From: Chiloscyllium plagiosum
Taxonomy: Eukaryota
Assembly: GCF_004010195.1 (NCBI RefSeq)
Contig: NC_057737.1
Coordinates: 24,279,707 to 24,343,706 of the forward strand
Length of the DNA stretch: 64,000 bases
Reading direction: 5' to 3'
The notes under the pieces are model-generated. The model had not been told where the DNA came from. It did not search any database and worked only from the letters and a program-made list of their open reading frames with translations. A program made the position numbers and the translations under genes. This document shows positions 61,208 to 64,000 of this stretch, one piece after another; position 1 is the stretch's first letter; each line of letters opens with the position of its first letter.

Positions 61208-62685
61208 AAGAGTCTTAATTTCCATCAGTGAAGACTTGTGGAGCTGCTAATTCTGTAATTGCATCACATCACTGCATCTGAAGTCAAAATGAATGGGATT
61301 ATTGAACAGCTCTCCTCGTGACCTTCAGCACACAGGATACATCATAACTGATCTATGTGCTACCATAAGTCAGATCTTTGCAAAACACATGACGAATTAA
61401 TCAATATTATACAATTAAAGACGGAAATGGCAAATGCTACTTAAATCTTAGTACACAATCTTCACATCAGTAACTGGATATAAATTCAAATTCTCAATTA
61501 TTTAGAATAAATCTTTGTGCAATGTGAACATCACTACATCACATAAACTTTAATATAAAGAAAATTAGAACCATTAAAACATTCTGAGAGCTTTGCCACT
61601 TTTTCTCTCTTTCCATCATTGTTTCCATTCTGCGTAGGGATAAAGGGTTCAAAATACACGGAGGCACCAGCATGGGAGCCAGAATTTGAGAGTTGTTGTC
61701 ATTTCAATACAGATTCTGGCTCTCCCAAGTTACTGCTTCAGCATCTCTAATCACACATTCACTCTTCCCTGTCCTTTTCTTTTGATTGTTTCATTTTGCC
61801 TTTCTGGGGCAACAACACAGCTTGGATGTTGGCAGAATCAAATGCAACCTGAACTATGTGATATCTTCCCAACAGCTTTCTGACCCTGAATGGTGAGCTG
61901 GAGATAGAAGTGGATGATGTAGATCTCCTCCTTGGCCTGGGTCACATTGCTGACCAACTTCAGAATCTTGTAACTCATGGTAACTCTTGTGTACCATGGA
62001 GTGGATGCAGCAAATGGGGAACTGGAGAATTAACCCTTGGTTTTGGGCTGAATAGGCATCATTGTCTTTCAAAGAGGAGTCAAAGAAGGTGCTGCACTCC
62101 CTGTCCTATGCTTGATTCTCTGTTCATGGGTGCTTGTTAGGCTCTGATTCTGAACCCTGGGATCCGTCTATCACCGTGTCTAAGTCAAGTGTTAACAGCA
62201 GCGCTGTGAGCAGCAGCACAGTTTCTGTGTACACATGTTGTGCTCACTTCTGTGGAGTGTACAGAAAGATGGCAGATTGTTATCTCATAGTTCTGTGTTA
62301 TTAAATTATTCTCAATGACTTCGTACATTGTATTAATATTTCCAACAATGTGTCATGAAACAGAATTCAGTAGAAACTATTTTATATATCCTGAACAGTG
62401 AGGAAACACTGTGATAAGCTGTCAATGAACCTTAACTGGTTTACTATTGAAATGCTTGATGAGATTACAACATGGAATCTCAATCATTACATTAAACGTT
62501 TACTCTAGATTCACACTCATGCTCTTTCTCAAAAGCCCTGTGATTTGAACCATGTAGCGGTTTCAGTATAAATCTGACCAAGATTAGTTATCAGCACTGA
62601 AACTCAAAACTTCCTGAATAATAGAACTCAACAGCTCGCTAGGTAAGTTTTCTCACTATCCCAACTGATGGTATTACTGAACAAG

Positions 62686-62801
62686 TGGGGATATGGGCCA
62701 AATGCTAGTAAATGGGACTAGATTAATTTAGGATATCTGGTCGGCATGGACAAGTTGGACCAAAAGGTTTGTTTCTGCGCTGTATATCTCTATGACTCTA
62801 T
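62686..62801 (+). mobile_element. CR1/HER1 extreme 3' fragment
   Basis: Matches 49001-49115, including the TCTATGACTCTAT tail. Confidence 0.8.
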
Positions 62802-64000
62802 AAGTCATTTCACAGAATGAAATCTGGCTTGATAGATTGCACGCATTTTTCTGATTGGTTAACATAGGATGGTTAACCTCTGAAAGATATTCACATGAAA
62901 CTGCAGAAGTTCTTTAACAAAACACTGAAGAGCAAAAATAAAAATAAATCTACACAATATAGAGGTCAGTCATGTAGATCTTAACTCAAACTTTAAAACA
63001 AAAGGTTCAACCTGTTTTCTAACATCATCTAACAAAGGGACTCAATCCCAGAGAATTATCAGTCCTATTTCAGTTTTTAAAGATTTTTACTGATGCTTTC
63101 AAGTTCCTTTCCTTTGGACTGTATAGACAGCTTTAGGACTCCTTTCCGAGTACACTTGCATGAATCTCCCACAATTCTACTGGGCTAAACTTCTACAGTT
63201 CTAACAACTTGAATATTTCTACTCAAATTCAGCTGGCTTGGAAACTCCACTGAAGTGAAATCACTTCTGCTGAGATAACTGGCTTTCCTGAATAGACTGG
63301 ATTCTCCTGCTCAGAGAAACAGTTCTACTTACATGTGCTTACTCTGTATGCCAATAAACACAATGGTATATATATTTTATCTATACTACAGGGTTTCTCT
63401 CAGGCACTCTATTGCAAACACATGCTTTCTTGGAACTAATGTACTTAAGTCACTGTTCCAAATTGACTTTCTGACCATGTTAAATAAAAACCCTCAGAGT
63501 TCATCCAAATCCATCTGCCTCTATTTTGAAATCCAATATAGTATATAATATACATGTTTCATGCTCACGTGCTTAATCATCAGAGGAGTTCCTGAACAAG
63601 GTTGTACTTGAAATCAAAAACAAACATCTCATAGGACTGTCAAATGTAATTATCCAGTATAAAAAAAAAGTCAACAAAGAGTGATTAGATTATAGCTGTT
63701 TATTAAACTGTGACATTAAAAAAGTTCAATAAAAATGTATTGATTGTGGAAGTGCATGCATACACACATATACATTTTGGGGCAGTCTGAATTATTGTTT
63801 AGTAAAAACAAAAGTGGAGGAGATTTATCTTGTGAACCTAGGTTCAGAGCATAACAAGAGTATTAGACACTTAACTCAGTAGTTCACTGAACATTTAGAA
63901 AATCATGATATACTAGGCAGAGTCAATGTGGTTTTGTGAAAGGGAGATAATGTCTGATAAATGCATTAAAGTTCTCTGAGGACGTTACAAGCAAGATGGA

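Noticed and set aside
61690-62200. Coding-like segment or upstream TLCD2 exon
   Set aside because: No TLC motifs (GYF..D, HH) and no convincing splice pair; left unassigned.

Overview
Vertebrate genomic DNA, almost certainly from a cartilaginous fish (shark), judged by HE1-type tRNA-derived SINEs, CR1/HER1-type LINEs and abundant Penelope-like elements (PLEs). It has one 962-nt N gap (19959-20920). There are two host genes, tail to tail. (1) A + strand multi-exon calpain: 11 well-supported exons at 8445-41287 (493 aa) with GT-AG introns and consistent phases, plus two probable upstream exons from 5146 (about 610 aa in total). Its Cys/His/Asn triad is intact and it has a domain III/CBSW, but no penta-EF-hand or C2 domain; it may start with a lipidation-type MGNSCSC. 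(2) The last coding exon of a TLCD2-like gene on the - strand (50588-50965). The rest is mostly retroelement debris. The most unusual signal is at 43.5-47.4 kb: repeats that can pair with each other carry dense + strand A>G changes with ADAR-like context, later overlaid by apparent CpG decay, consistent with RNA hyper-editing copied into germline DNA. Also notable are three families of minimal hammerhead ribozymes in PLE termini, a PLE fragment ending at the predicted ribozyme cleavage site, and a fold-back array of 30-bp repeats suggesting reiterative (telomerase-like) copying. All alignments were done by eye; repeat family names come from motif recognition, not database searches.
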